Shown here one piece after another: positions 48,601 through 61,434 of a stretch of DNA of 64,000 nt. Source of the stretch: Tubiluchus corallicola (lineage: Eukaryota > Animalia > Priapulida); the NCBI GenBank assembly GCA_030141605.1, contig JAQGDQ010000001.1, positions 3,038,001 to 3,102,000 on the forward strand, read 5' to 3'. The first letter of the stretch is position 1, and the number at the start of each line of letters is the position of its first letter. Position numbers and translations under genes: made by a program. A model generated the notes under the pieces. The model was not told the origin of the DNA, made no database searches, and saw nothing but the letters and a program-made list of their open reading frames with translations.

Positions 48601-51600
48601 GCTGACCGTGGGACAACAGAGTCACCGGACCAGCTCGGAAGAGGCGACGGTAGAAGATGATGAAGAAGGGCACCTGATCTATCGACCAGGCGATTGGCTT
48701 CAAGCTAGATGTACTTATATTTTACAGTAACGTTAACACTGTTAAAAATTTGATTAACGTGGGACGAACTCATGGTACTGGGTTGCGGTTAACCCTTTTG
48801 TAAAACGTGATCAATTTCTTCAGCTGAGGGACTTAAGGTTTTGTAGTTTATGATCAAATTTAACATGTGAAATATTTGCTATAATTGAACTTTAGGTATT
48901 CATTAGTTAACTGTTATTTGTGGGAAACCGTATTCCGAAAATAGTTGGGCGGATATATTTCCGGGCAACACGAAACTTCTACAACTTGCATTGCGCTTTT
49001 CTATTTTCGTGAAGTGCGTTTGTTAATAATTGTATATGTGTCGTGTTGTTTGCAAAGATAAGTAAATTTCCCAACTTCACATAGTTTCTAGCATTCTGTA
49101 ATTAAAACGAACTCCCTCTTAAAACTCATTTATATGATTGGGTTCCCTGTCTGTTTGCGGGCAAAATTAGTATTCAGTATTACACATCATTTGCAATTAG
49201 TAGACTATATTGTCTAACGGAAGTCAGGCTCCTAGCATACCTCCAGAACTTAATTTACTAAAACAAATAAGTTCTAGCAGCTTTGTGTAGAAGCTGTGAA
49301 GACATTCGCTTAATCAAAGGAACGGGTTGAGAAAATTGTTGTGCAGTAGTATAGAGAAAGTGTTACAACAACTCGAGTTTCAACAACACCCAGCCGTTCT
49401 ACTTTTAAAAGATGTTTGCCAAAGATATAAAACAGTTTCCTACAGTATGCTAGAAACAGTGGTGACTATCAGGTGCCTGTAACTTACACCAGCAATTTAT
49501 TTTGCGTTTCAGATGAGATTCTCAGCACGTTAGGTGAAGGAACTTTTGGAAAAGTCCTAGAAGTCAAAGATCATCATAGGTAAGTAATATTATTAATGTT
49601 ACAAATGAATTAAAGACGTACTATAAATTAACATGTGTTGAATTAACGTAATTAATTAGGGAGCCTTCAAGCCTCAGAATAGTTGCCCCAACGAGATCAA
49701 CCATCTTTGAGACTACTTGTAATATTGCAAAGATATTGATATTGATGCACTGATATTAAAAATGATATTAAATTTCTGTGAAAGAACAGTTACTGTCATA
49801 ATAGAGCTTCCAGTTAGCTGAGGTTAGAATTCGATATAGACGGAACTGGAAAGTTAATTTTTATTGAAAAAACTTTAAACGTGTCCTGGTTACAATGTGC
49901 GTGGGTTTAAAACTTTAAATAAAAATATAAATTCAGATATAGACATACTCGGAAGCTGTAAAAATTTAAGGGCCACCTTCATATCCTGTGGATTTAAATT
50001 GGCGCCTAGTAGGAGTCTACAGCAAAAATGTGTTTTCGCCATAACATGTTCTTCGATCACATGCACCTAAGCAGTGGGAATTTTAGCTATATAACTTTGT
50101 TATAGACGAATTTTCAAAAATTGTAAAAAAACTAAAATCTGTACACGCTTGGACCATGTGTAACATGTATGAACTTCCTAGATTACTTTAGATCCCGCAA
50201 AAAGTATAGACAGACAGACAGACAGATAGACAGGACCGATAATTCTATAGTTGTCCACTTCGTTGGCGCAAGCATAACAACTGGTGATAGGAAAAATGAA
50301 TGTCTGAATAAAAGCCATGTCTGTGTTTAAGTGAGTGCTGGCTATCATTTTTATTTCAACTATAACTATTTCAGCGTTTTTCTTTCATCTGGATAAAGTT
50401 ATACTTCCATGGTCAATGGGGTGACAAAGTGGTAATAAGTTTGATCTCAGAGGTCCAAAAGCCAAATGCATTAATGATTGAACAGTTGTTGTTTTCTTTT
50501 ATGATAAAATTATCAATATTTACCAATTACCTTTATTTGTTCATCGTTTTAGCTCCATTGCGTTTAATGCATTCTTGAAACACGTTGTTGTGTTCATGGT
50601 TTGCGTCTGTTTCGGGTGACTACATCGCACAGCAGTTATCTTCTACTGGTCTTACGATAGCTGACGGTATAGCAGAAACTGTAAACGCTTCACACAGCAC
50701 TTAATTTGCTACTAGTGCTTGCTGATGGCTAACTATGTAAATGAAACTATAAAAGCTGTTGCTGTGATGAAGATAAGAAAATACCCGACGCTGCTGCTGA
50801 CCGTATTTAGATAACGCTATATGGTTAACCGCTGACTCGGATCTCGTGTAGGTGAGAGATGGCTTACTGCAACTGCAACTGGGTGCATCTGAGATCTGAG
50901 TCACTCGTCTCGGTTTTAGGGTAGTTGTTGAATTTGACAGAAGTTAATGGAAATTGACATGCAAATCAAGTTAATTAGACCCACGTGAACATTAATTTCA
51001 GTAAATTAAACGAGCTATGTAAATTCCTGGTAGCTCGCTCGGATGAGTCTGTTAGTAACTTACTTGAGCCAGATATTTTTTATGGCATATTCTATCGTTT
51101 TACAAGTTGGGAATTGATGGTGTGGTCGCATCAGTTGATGGTATCCATTCTAACAACGTTTTGAGACTGCCTAGTAGTTTTGGAGTTACAGGTTTCTATA
51201 AATAAAGCACTGCATGTAGCGATAATTTAACTAATAAAATTTTTGAAGAAAAATTCTTATATTACTACCGATTTTTATTTTTATGCTTTTAAATTAATTT
51301 TATTTATCGCCACAGGCATTAAAATTACGGTTTGAAACCTAATGTGATGTCCTACGGGGCTGTTATCAAAACATCTTTATTTATCTTGGTTTGTGCATAA
51401 AGCGATCAATATTTCCACATAGTGTTAACGCGCATTCTAACAATGAGATTGCAGCATGTGATTAACTAGTTTTTCCGTCTATAATTTAGAAATCTTAGTT
51501 TTAGCATAAATAAAATTACCACAAAACACGTGGCCACTGAAAACATAGTTTTGCTAATCGCTTGCGCGCTTAAATAATCATTAATCTCTGTGTTTTGTGG

Positions 51601-54600
51601 CATTACTCATGCCGTCTTCAGCAGGAACTTGTAAGGTCTAAATACAAGTGCATTTTGACACTGCTTTAGGGCTTATAGGTCTTGCAGAAGATGCAAGGCC
51701 AAAACGTACAGATTCATAATTATTCAAGTATTCAAGTGATCTATAAAATTATGTAATTATGCTTTTTTCAGTGGCTGTTGTGGGAAGTTTTTCCTTCTTT
51801 AATAAAAGTTCATTTGACTAACTATATAGGCCTACAAAATGAGGTATTAATGTGAAATAAATATTAACTTTGTGTGATAAACTTCAGAATTCATTTGATT
51901 TGCTGTGAAACTTGCACGTGGTTCTTGCAATCAATTTTTAAGTCAGGTAAATGGGTAGTGTTGTTTACGCATGAATTATTGGCTTAATAGGCAAGAATCG
52001 GAAAGAGTGTATTGCAGTTTATAGATCGAGAGCCTGGAAATGGAAGCCTTCGTATTTTGTTGAGTTTACTTTGATGGTTAAATATTGGTTTCCTAATTTG
52101 AGTTTCTTTAAGTTCCAACTAATGGTGTTATAAAAATTGAGAGATCAATATTAAATTGCAAAAATATTTATAGATCTGATCACAGAACTTCAAGTCCGGG
52201 GGTATCTTTTGGCTACGTCTTTGGTTTTGACATAAACCCACAAGTTTCTTATAATCAAGTCGCCACTTTTCAACCCGAAAGCTCACTGAGCCCGATTATT
52301 TCGAAGTGTTATAGAGTTACATCTCTGTCAGCTAGGCTGAATTATAGTATTAACTAGTTTTTTTTCCGTAAATTCCGTTCGTAATAAAAATTTGTTTGGC
52401 ATAGTATCAAAGTTTGTAAATTGACCGGTTTACCTCTTTTTTGTGCCATACTCAATATTTATTTCGTGTAGTGAATCACATTACATTAAAAAATTAGATC
52501 CCAGATATTTTACTTCTTTTATTTAAATACAATCATCTAAAATTATAGATTCTATTTGGAATTAATACGAGCGTTTTCACCCGACTGTTCTACGCTCCTG
52601 CGGCTTACGTTTAAAAACATTTTTTTGACTTAAAAATTAGTATTTCAGATTGCGCATATTTTTAATGTTAGTTGTTAAATATGCATTCCCACTTTCATTT
52701 GTTGATCTCTGATGTTAGTCGCCAGTTTTACTGCTGTGCAACTTCGTAGTAAAGCTTGAGCGAATCTGAATGAATTGTTTTTAACGGGCGTGTTTCATTA
52801 GTTTACGCTGATAATTATGGCTTCATTAAAAGCTGCTGAGACGCATCATAAAACGGCATCGTGTGCCGAATAATTATCGCTTAATTGCCAATAGCTGTAA
52901 TCGTGAAGACTCGGGATTTTCATATTACGTTCTGTATTTGAGTTTTATGCAAATTTAGTTATCAGTGCACATAATTATTTTCGCGAGCGTCAAGAAACAA
53001 ATTGAAAACGTGTTACGTTTTTTGCCTTATTTTGCCAGTGTGAAGCGATTTAATTCGGCTGTTTGTGATTTAAAATATCCCTACCTAATCTGTTATTAAC
53101 AACGAATTTGATAATTTAACCGTCAGTTAAAAGTGTACACCTAAATTGATTGATTTTACAACAAGATGCCACAGTCAAAAAATTGTAAAAACAAAGAAAA
53201 GTAACTAGAATTATTAAAGTACAAAAAACACACTTTGCTGTGTAGAGTGTAGAGTTCCGGCATTTGTAAAACATTTTACAGATATATGTCGATAAATTGA
53301 TTGATTTTACAACAAGATGCCACAGTCAAAAAATTGTAAAAACAAAGAAAAGTAACTAGAATTATTAAAGTACAAAAAACACACTTTGCTGTGTAGAGTG
53401 TAGAGTTCCGGCATTTGTAAAACATTTTACAGATATATGTCGATAATTTTTCTGCTTACTTTTATACATTACGATTTAGCAAGGCGAAGAAGACCATTGT
53501 AAATAATGCAATACTGTTTTTGTCAGTTCTGAAAATCTGAGTCAGACCTGTCTCAATATGATTTTTTTTACGATTTTTAATGCCCAAAATGACTAATTGT
53601 ATCCGTGTTAAAGGAAAGGCCTTCAAAATCCTTCCTAGTTGTGGATTGGGTTGTCATAATTTCTTATCACCTGTAAATTCACCTCTAAGGTAGGCCTACG
53701 TTCAATGAAAAGATTTCTGGTAGTCAAGAAAAAGCGCTCAGCATCATCCACAGGAACTCTCGTGTAAAAGAAATCTAAAGACTACGAAGTTATGCAGCTA
53801 ACCTAGCTTCGTTATTACAGAAGTGACTAGTTTGATGCAGTCATGCATACAGGCGTCCTAAATCGTTTCATAACTTCTACAATGCTATTTCATTTCCACT
53901 GCTGGTTGTATAAAAACTCAGCGTTACTGCACAGCAGCTAACAGAAAGACCTTGATGATGGTGTACATAACATAATTCTACTGACATATCAAGTTCCTGT
54001 GATTTGCTAAACCAGACGGCACGATATCATTCCAGTGTTTATTTTGTGTCCCTTTCGCTTTGCCATCTTTTCATTCCTGGACACATGTGGCTGTTGCGCC
54101 TTGAGCTGGTGAAGATAGTACTGATGTGCTGTTCTTAGCACGTTGCAAACTGAAACAACTTTATTCAAATGTTGCTTCAACGTCTATACCAATCGTTAGT
54201 GCATAGTAATAACTAAAGTGCAAAAAAAATTGTTCAGCACTTTATTAGAAATAATTACTGTTGAGCAAAACTGCTCGAGAGGGGTTTGTGAGAATTACAG
54301 ATTATTAATTAAGTAGCCGTCAAGGAACCAGAAGATGAAACTACTTGTCCGTATTTCAATTTCTACTAGCAAACAGATCAAATTAGTTCAAAGACTGAAA
54401 TGAACAAGGTTTAAATGCTACTTGTGCTTTTGTATGACTAGATTGTGTTATTTCAAATACCCCAACAATATTTGTATAGTTATTACCTCGTTTCAGAGGA
54501 AAACGAGGTACGTTCATTTTAATGAGGGGATAACAAAACCTCGCAGTGGATTTTAGCCACGTGGCTTGATAGCACCTATAGCCTCAGGAGCAAAAGTCCG

Positions 54601-56386
54601 TTTATTTTAATATAATCAGAGCACGGTCGCTAATCGATTGGAAGTTGATAAATAACGATCAGTAATCGACCAGGTTTTTGTAGCTTGCAAAGCGAAGCTA
54701 CATTTAATCAGTTAATATATGATCGTACTAGATATGGTAATTCATGAAAATCACACGCCAAAAATGTTGCAATGCTGAGATTTCTGGCTCCCATAATACG
54801 TACATATTAAAATGTTATCCTCGTACAGGGAGTGATATAATGAGGTTCGCCTTTTAAATAGTTAGTCCATGATCAGAAATCAATAATAAATTCGTTCCTA
54901 TATTCTGGTACCAAAGATAACTATCAATGTTTAGGTGTCAAGTGATGGGATAAATATTCGATAGAGCAGTAAATATTCCAATGGATGCAAGATCGTTAAT
55001 CAGTAAAAGGCGCAATAATGACCAAAATTTTGATCAGTGCCTTAGAAACTTGACTAAAGGCTTTATTGTACTTGCAAATGTATCAACTATTAATGAGATT
55101 ATTGCCTCTAAGGATGGGTTTGCTCACATGTCCTCTAGGCTCAGGCTGTGCATACTCGAAATGTCACTGTTAGTGTTTATATGACACGTGATTTATTTTT
55201 TAGCCAAGTTTATGGCAACATACAAATGCCACACATTAATCGAATTTTGATCGACACTTATTTCCACGCACTAAGAGCACCTAATGTTATGAACACAAGA
55301 ATATTTCTTAATCGTTTATAATTAGTAATCAGAATATATGGTATGGGTAAACCGTACCGGTGAGTGGCACACTTCAGATATTATGGTTGCCTGCTTATTG
55401 GTATTGCTTGTTTGTTTACTAGTTTATTTAATTATTTTGGCCTATTCATTTATTCATTATTTACTTATTTATTTACTAATACATTTTTCATTCTTTCATT
55501 CATTCATTAAAACGTTCTTCCGATTATAATTTATTTTGCCATTAATTACCTGCCATTTAAATGTTCGTTTCCGTTTGCCTTCCCTGATAGGCACACTACT
55601 TTACAATATTGTCTGCTCTGAAGTTATTATTATTATTCTCGTTATTCGCTACTTGCTGTTGCCAATCCTGAGCATTTCTGCTCTCTGAATGGAAAATGTA
55701 TAATTAGTAGCAGCTTTTGCATCCGCATTATCGCATCTCAGTCTTCACCCGCGTTCCTCAGCTTCCTATCCTTAGCAGCCGATCCAGCTGTCTAATTAAC
55801 TAGTTCATTTCCCCTGACACTGAGTGCGAGTACGAGTAATTTAATTCTCCCGTTGCTCTGAAGCGCTTCGGTACTTAATTTCTTTCAACTTGAGTTCATT
55901 TCGTTTCTATATTGCATTATCGCCGCTCTCTCTCCTCGACTGCTTGCTGCATTAGCAGGGATAACAGGTACACGGTGTTGTTGGAAAAACTAGAGAGCGT
56001 GCTAGCCTACCTTGCCATCAAGATATCACAGTAGCGTTTGATAAAACGAATTTCACAGAAAATCTTCACTTACTTCAGTATTTTATTTTTTCAACAGTTT
56101 ATTCATTATCTAGCTATTCAGTTTACTGTATTACAAATAACGGTGCTGTTCTTACATATTTTAATGGGAAAACGTATTTTAGGTTAATTTATTGGGATCT
56201 CATTTAGTGCAAACAGGTTGTTTAGTACAAACATATTGGTAGCTGGTTATGTTATGCTGTACAACACAGAATTATGCGAGTGTAAATATTTTGTTTCTTT
56301 TTTGTGAAAATCGTAGTATCTTGAAATATGTTGAACTTGAAATATATTTTTTTGACACCGTAGCGTAGATTATGTAGTGTTATTAT

Positions 56387-56434
<48 letters not shown>

Positions 56435-59400
56435 CGACCGCATGAAAATGAAAAATTTGCACATGTTTTGTCAGGCAGCACCTTCATATATATATACATA
56501 TATATATATGAAGTAAAATTTAAGGTGCTGCCTGACAAAACATGTGCAAATTTTTAATTTTTATCTGGTCTAAGTTCGGCAATGTATGGACATGTGACTA
56601 AAGAATAAAACCCACATTTCTAACCAACACGTACAATTAAGCCGCACTGTGCTGAAGAAGAATAAGTTTATTTTCCGTGCAGTAGTTTACGATGTGTGGT
56701 AATGGCTTTGCTTGATGGCCAGTTTGCGCATTTACGCGCATTTGTGACCGTGTTCAATGGTAATCCAAAATCGTTTCAAATGTTCTCTGATTGTACAACG
56801 TCGTTGGCTTCCTTCTTGATCATCTGCTTTGTGGTGATTTGCAAGTCAAAACTTGTATCCAAATCGGAGTGCACGAGGATGTGTCTTGACTCGATTATTT
56901 CCAAACACAGAGCAAGAGGCATAAGCCTCCCGAGAAACTAACCATCTGATATAATTTGAGGATTTTGGCTGCTGCTTGCTGATATTACAAACAATTCGTT
57001 TATGAGCGTAAATATCATAATGCTACATTTCATCAGAATTTTCAGCAAAGCCCGAAGCTCATTGTCCGTCATTAGCCAGTGTACGACATTTACCGATTTC
57101 ACCTCACAACCTATTACTAGTTATAGTCTACTTCTTAGAAGTGCCATTCAAACAAGCAGGTTTCCAAATTAGGAACTGGGGGCCAGAGACAGATATTAAA
57201 AATGTTGTAACGTGTCTCTGGTAAAATGGTCAAAGTCGCTGGAGAATTGTTAACAAGCTACCGTAGTGTGTGCGTACACTTAAGTATGGTGTGCAGATAT
57301 TTGATGGCTTCGGAGGTACTTGTAATGTAGGTGAACGAATGACCGACGAATGGACTGACAAACTGTGACAAACGGATGTTCCTCATTTCAGCAACTCCAT
57401 TTCGTTTGCGGTTGAACGTAATAGTTAGTGAAAGAAAATCCTCTTCTATGCCGAGGCTGAATCTTGATTTTAAACTGCAAATCCCTTCTTCCCTTGAATT
57501 AGCAAATAAATTGATCAAAATGTTACACTCAGCTCGAGCGTCTCTCGAGTAAAGGCAACATTTATACAAAAGAAGCTGTGGTATTTCCTGGGAATAATTT
57601 CTGTTTTTCGTTACACTGGGAGTGGAAAGTCAACATTTAATGGAAAAAACTTGCATTGCTAATGCTGGATATATTATAAATGTGGAGCTGAAACCATTTA
57701 ATTACTAGTTACCAACAATTCATGAAGCCAATTTGAGACGTCCGCAAATATTCAAGGTCTTTTTCATCAGTTTATTACATGTACTGTCATGGTAAATGGA
57801 AAGATAGTCAATTTCAGACGGAAGATGAGAGAATGCGAACGCTATATTTGAAATGTTGCTTCATTAATAAAAACAGAGACCAAGTTCGGTTAATTTACAT
57901 CGAGTTTAGGAAAGCTATTATCATTACAAATCTAAAACTCTGCTTACTGACTTTGAAAGAACCGTCTCAAGTTTAATATTAAATTGTCAATGCTGATATT
58001 CAATTATACCACGCAGTATTAATATGAGAAATAACTTTCTGATTGTTCTTGCTGTAATTTGTACTTGAAATTCAAAATTCCCTAGCGTAGAGGCTTTTAT
58101 ATAGGTTCTTCTGAATCTGTTAGCTAATCCTTTTAACTTTCTATTGACCAAATCCATTGCATCGTAGCACAGTAGGTAATTTGTGATTTGCTCACTTTTT
58201 ACAAGGCCAGTAAAAGTCATATTACCAAAAATGGGTAGTTTCATTTTGTCTGTACGCTCTGATATCGCTCTATTACATAAACTAAATTAAAAGAAGTTTC
58301 TATCCTAATGATTGATAATTTAAAGCTGACAAAATTAAGTCTGTGCTTTGTGATGATCACCCGCTTCTAGAATAGATGATGTACTTGTGACGTTTATGTG
58401 TCACATCAGCACAGCCTCTTGGGAACCCACGTTTCATATCTATTCAAGCCGATAAAAGCGTCGTGGTTAAACTCCAGTGTTTACTGTTCAAAGTGAGGGT
58501 TAGAAAGTTTCCCGTTAATTCAATTTGTCTCGCTGGCTTTACTAATCTTGTTATTGATGACAATTTCATCTATTTATTGCTCTGAAGTCATCTTTTAATT
58601 CAATTCCATTTTCTTTCCAGATGATCCCGTAAATTTTGTTGTACTTTTGTGTAGGCACTTGATTTGATACAGTGGTTAAATGATGTACAGTTGATCGCAC
58701 ACTTAACGTTTAACTGTATGCTCCATTCCAGCTCTCACGACTGACTTTTTAAGAGCATTTTGTTTTGGTTTTGGCTGACTGTTAAGAAATTTCTTTTTTT
58801 TGCACCTTCTAGTCGACAGATGGCAGCTTATAGGACATTACCCTGTGTAGCTTGGAATCACTCCTTACTTGTTATGATAAAATATTTCTTTGCTTTTCAA
58901 CACTGCTGAGACGTTGAACTGTAATCAGTGTTAACATTCTCAAACTTTCATAATCTTCTTACTTAGATAAACACTTAATGAATGAAATCTCGTACTTATT
59001 ATGGTGTATTTTTAAATAAAAGGTTAATGGTTTCATTAGTGAAATCTGGCTGGTAGAAATTTATTTATTTATTTTATTTTTTATTTCAGCTCGTAGACGT
59101 TACTTGTCGTAAGCCAAAAAATACAATTATTATTTAAACTAATTATAAAGACAAACTTACTATTTATAAAAAATCAAAAAGCGAAACTAGTTAAAAAAAC
59201 CACTGGAAGAGTGTATTTAAAGAATTTCGTGCACGAATCTTCTAAGTAAATTCTGACAGACTTTCAAACGCGCGAGTAAAAAACGAGCAGAATAGCACAG
59301 TCGCAAGTCCATTTTTTCTACAAGAAACCAATTCCTCTCGAGTAACTCTGTATATATGTAATTTACGCGTGTGTGTGCGTGAGTGTGCGTGCGTGCGTGT

Positions 59401-61301
59401 GTGTGTGCGCGTGCGTGTGTGTGGGGGGGAAGGGGTCGGTGGTTGCGTACGTTCGTACGTGTGGGTAGTGGGTGTGATTAAGTTTATTAAGAAATATTCA
59501 AAACTTGAAGTGATTCATATAGCGCCTCCTAAGCCCGCTTCTAGACTGCTTAGATTACAAGGCCCTAAAAGTTGACATCGCAATGAGATTTGCAGGGGAA
59601 TTGATCAGGGGATTGAATGGAGTTGATCAGGGAATAATTGCGATGTATTCATGATTAGTAAATGATAGTCTACAAAAAGTAACAAAATGTTTTTTTCGTT
59701 AAGCGTCTACACGAGGTGCATGGCATTCTCGTGGGCTTGTTGATAAATTTTGATACGAAACGAAAGCGTTGGGCTTTTAACCAAATTTTTCTAGTTCAAA
59801 TCCGAATTCAACTTTTCTTTTTCTTTGTCTGAAAATTTACAAAAAATTGGATACTATTAAAGTATTATTATAAAAAGTGTAAATCTTCTTAAATTCAGAA
59901 GTTGGTCACAGCTTAACTGTATTTGTTATGATAAATTCAGCAAAAAAGTGATTATCTAAAAATATCATTCTATTCATATTGGGAGTAGAATTTTTAATGT
60001 AATTATAATTATTAGTTTGCAAGATTCACTGACAACTTTTCCGGCTGGCACCTATAATTCAGTTTGTTTTATTTTATTTTACAGTATATACATTTTTACT
60101 GCAATGAGACTGAATAAAAGACGAACAGTACTTTGTTTTTACTGCTATTGTTATTTGCGCTCATATAAGGTCTGCCTGTGAAAATAGGTGAGACGTTGAA
60201 AAGAAATTTTGGAAAGATTTAAATAGAAATGATATACACTAGAGATTATGTCGTTCACATCAAGCTGCTTACTGGCTTCTTTTTCCAACGCGACATTCTT
60301 TAGCAAATCTGGAAAACTTTCTCTGACCCAGTCTCGACTGATGTTCTAATTTTGCTTAATGGGCCTATATTGGTATTACCAGGAAATCTGGCATTGGCTC
60401 AATCGTTTTCGATTTGCAATATCTTTTGCTTGGGTTGTATTTGATATTATCAAGTAAGTAGTAAAAGGTTATAGAGGAACTGAGATCATGCATTGAGAAT
60501 GAATGTTGTAAGGTTTTTGAATATTTATGCCACGTACTGGTACGAAAAAGCTGGCGCATAACTAAATTAGTATTGCTTTCTGAAGCTTGGGACGCTATTT
60601 CGTGAGACCCTTAATGGCAAACTATAAAGGATATCCCATCAGTTTGCCTCCATGACTGCTGAATTGCTTTCTCTGCATAGCTGCCGAGACTGCAGGGTTG
60701 TTCAGAAAAACGCTCCCTCAAATTAACTCGTGATAACCCTTTATTTTTGTAGAGGTGTTACTAAAAGCGGTCGACGTCAACGTGTAGTCCAGTTTTTCTT
60801 CGATTAAGGGATCTGTGGTTTACTCCAAGGTTTTGTGGAACGTTTTTTAGATGACCTGTATAAATTTCGTTGGCAGAGGGGAAATAATAATATAAATGAT
60901 CTCAGATAGAAGAGAATGAGATGAGGTTTAAAATATATCATACGTGCACCAGGAAATCCGTCATGAAATCGATTCATACAAATTAATATTAAATCTAAGC
61001 AATATAAAGTTATTACATTTCTGCATTTGCAGGTGGAATAGTACAGACTGTTCTATTACCAACTTTCATTTCTAGTTAAATTTTAAAACTATTTATTAAC
61101 CTTTGTGATCAGATTTTCTTGTCTTCTCGCAAATTACATATTTTTCTAAATTATGACAAAGGGTCTTTTTTCTTTTTTTAGTCTCAACTGGAGTACCATT
61201 GCTCTGAAAGTCATAAAGAATGTGGAGAAATATAGAGAAGCAGCCAAACTTGAGATTAATGTCTTGGAGAAGATCATGGAAAGAGACCCTACAATGCAGT
61301 T
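30474..61301 (+). CDS. CLK: Dual-specificity LAMMER kinase CLK/Doa, 5' part: join(30474..30634,33019..33178,48620..48710,49513..49579,61182..61301,...), continues beyond the window
   Basis: RS/H-rich N-terminus, then [41 protein letters not shown] and [26 protein letters not shown] (kinase subdomains I-III diagnostic of CLK2/Doa). Phases 2,0,1,2 are consistent. Confidence 0.95.
31452..31745 (+). mobile_element. tRNA-derived SINE
   Basis: A-box-like TTAGCTTAGCGATTAG and B-box-like AGTTCGAGTC. No intact acceptor stem. Followed by a GCAAGGCAGTTAA core and an A-rich tail. Confidence 0.65.
33019..33178 (+). CDS. CLK: CLK RS/H-rich exon
   Basis: TTTCTCAG acceptor. Encodes [15 protein letters not shown]...[14 protein letters not shown]; donor AAG|GTGGGT. 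Confidence 0.82.
37236..37560 (-). mobile_element. RTE-clade LINE 3' fragment
   Basis: [16 protein letters not shown]...[12 protein letters not shown]...DLRE...ANNRNAW with a (GAA)n tail. Confidence 0.92.
41125..41900 (-). mobile_element. LINE 3' fragment, same broad group as 1170-2280
   Basis: Minus strand reads [20 protein letters not shown]...NSSSVKKFK. 3' hairpin and (AAATTG)-type tail near 41125-41150. Confidence 0.7.
46345..46455. repeat. (CAT/CGT)n trinucleotide repeat
   Basis: Visible directly. Confidence 0.8.
48620..48710 (+). CDS. CLK: CLK 91-nt cassette-type exon
   Basis: Encodes [30 protein letters not shown]. Purine-rich acceptor GGGACAACAG and weak donor GAT|GTACTT. Confidence 0.92.
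49513..49579 (+). CDS. CLK: CLK exon (Gly-rich loop)
   Basis: Encodes [21 protein letters not shown]; donor AG|GTAAGT. Confidence 0.95.
49965..50280 (+). mobile_element. Helentron-associated (HINE/DINE-1-like) element fragment
   Basis: (GACA)n tract at 50208-50233 followed by a short GC stem-loop and an A-rich end, the usual HINE layout. Confidence 0.4.
53142..53443. repeat. Perfect two-copy 151-bp tandem duplication
   Basis: Copies start at 53142 and 53293; identical by eye. Confidence 0.93.
56390..56570. repeat. (TA)n tract plus a ~50-bp-arm inverted repeat
   Basis: AAAAATTTGCACATGTTTTGTCAGGCAGCACCTT (56451-56484) and its exact reverse complement (56522-56555). Imperfect extension to about 56436 and 56570. 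Confidence 0.92.
59368..59425. repeat. (TG/CG)n microsatellite
   Basis: Visible directly. Confidence 0.85.
61182..61301 (+). CDS. CLK: CLK exon (catalytic Lys, helix C)
   Basis: Encodes [31 protein letters not shown]; donor TT|GTAAGT. Confidence 0.95.
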
Positions 61302-61346
61302 GTAAGTAGAAGGAACAAGTGGAATGAGTCAAACTAATGATCAAGG

Positions 61347-61434
61347 AACTCACAGTACTTAAGATGGTGGTACAAAAATTTGGTTCCGTCAACTCACAGT
61401 ACTTAAGATAGTGGTACAAAAATTTGGTTCCGTC
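61347..61434. repeat. Two-copy 44-bp tandem duplication
   Basis: AACTCACAGTACTTAAGAT(G/A)GTGGTACAAAAATTTGGTTCCGTC twice. Confidence 0.9.

Noticed and set aside
61347-61434. CRISPR-like direct repeats (also 62878-62930)
   Set aside because: Adjacent tandem copies without unique spacers, no cas genes, eukaryotic context.
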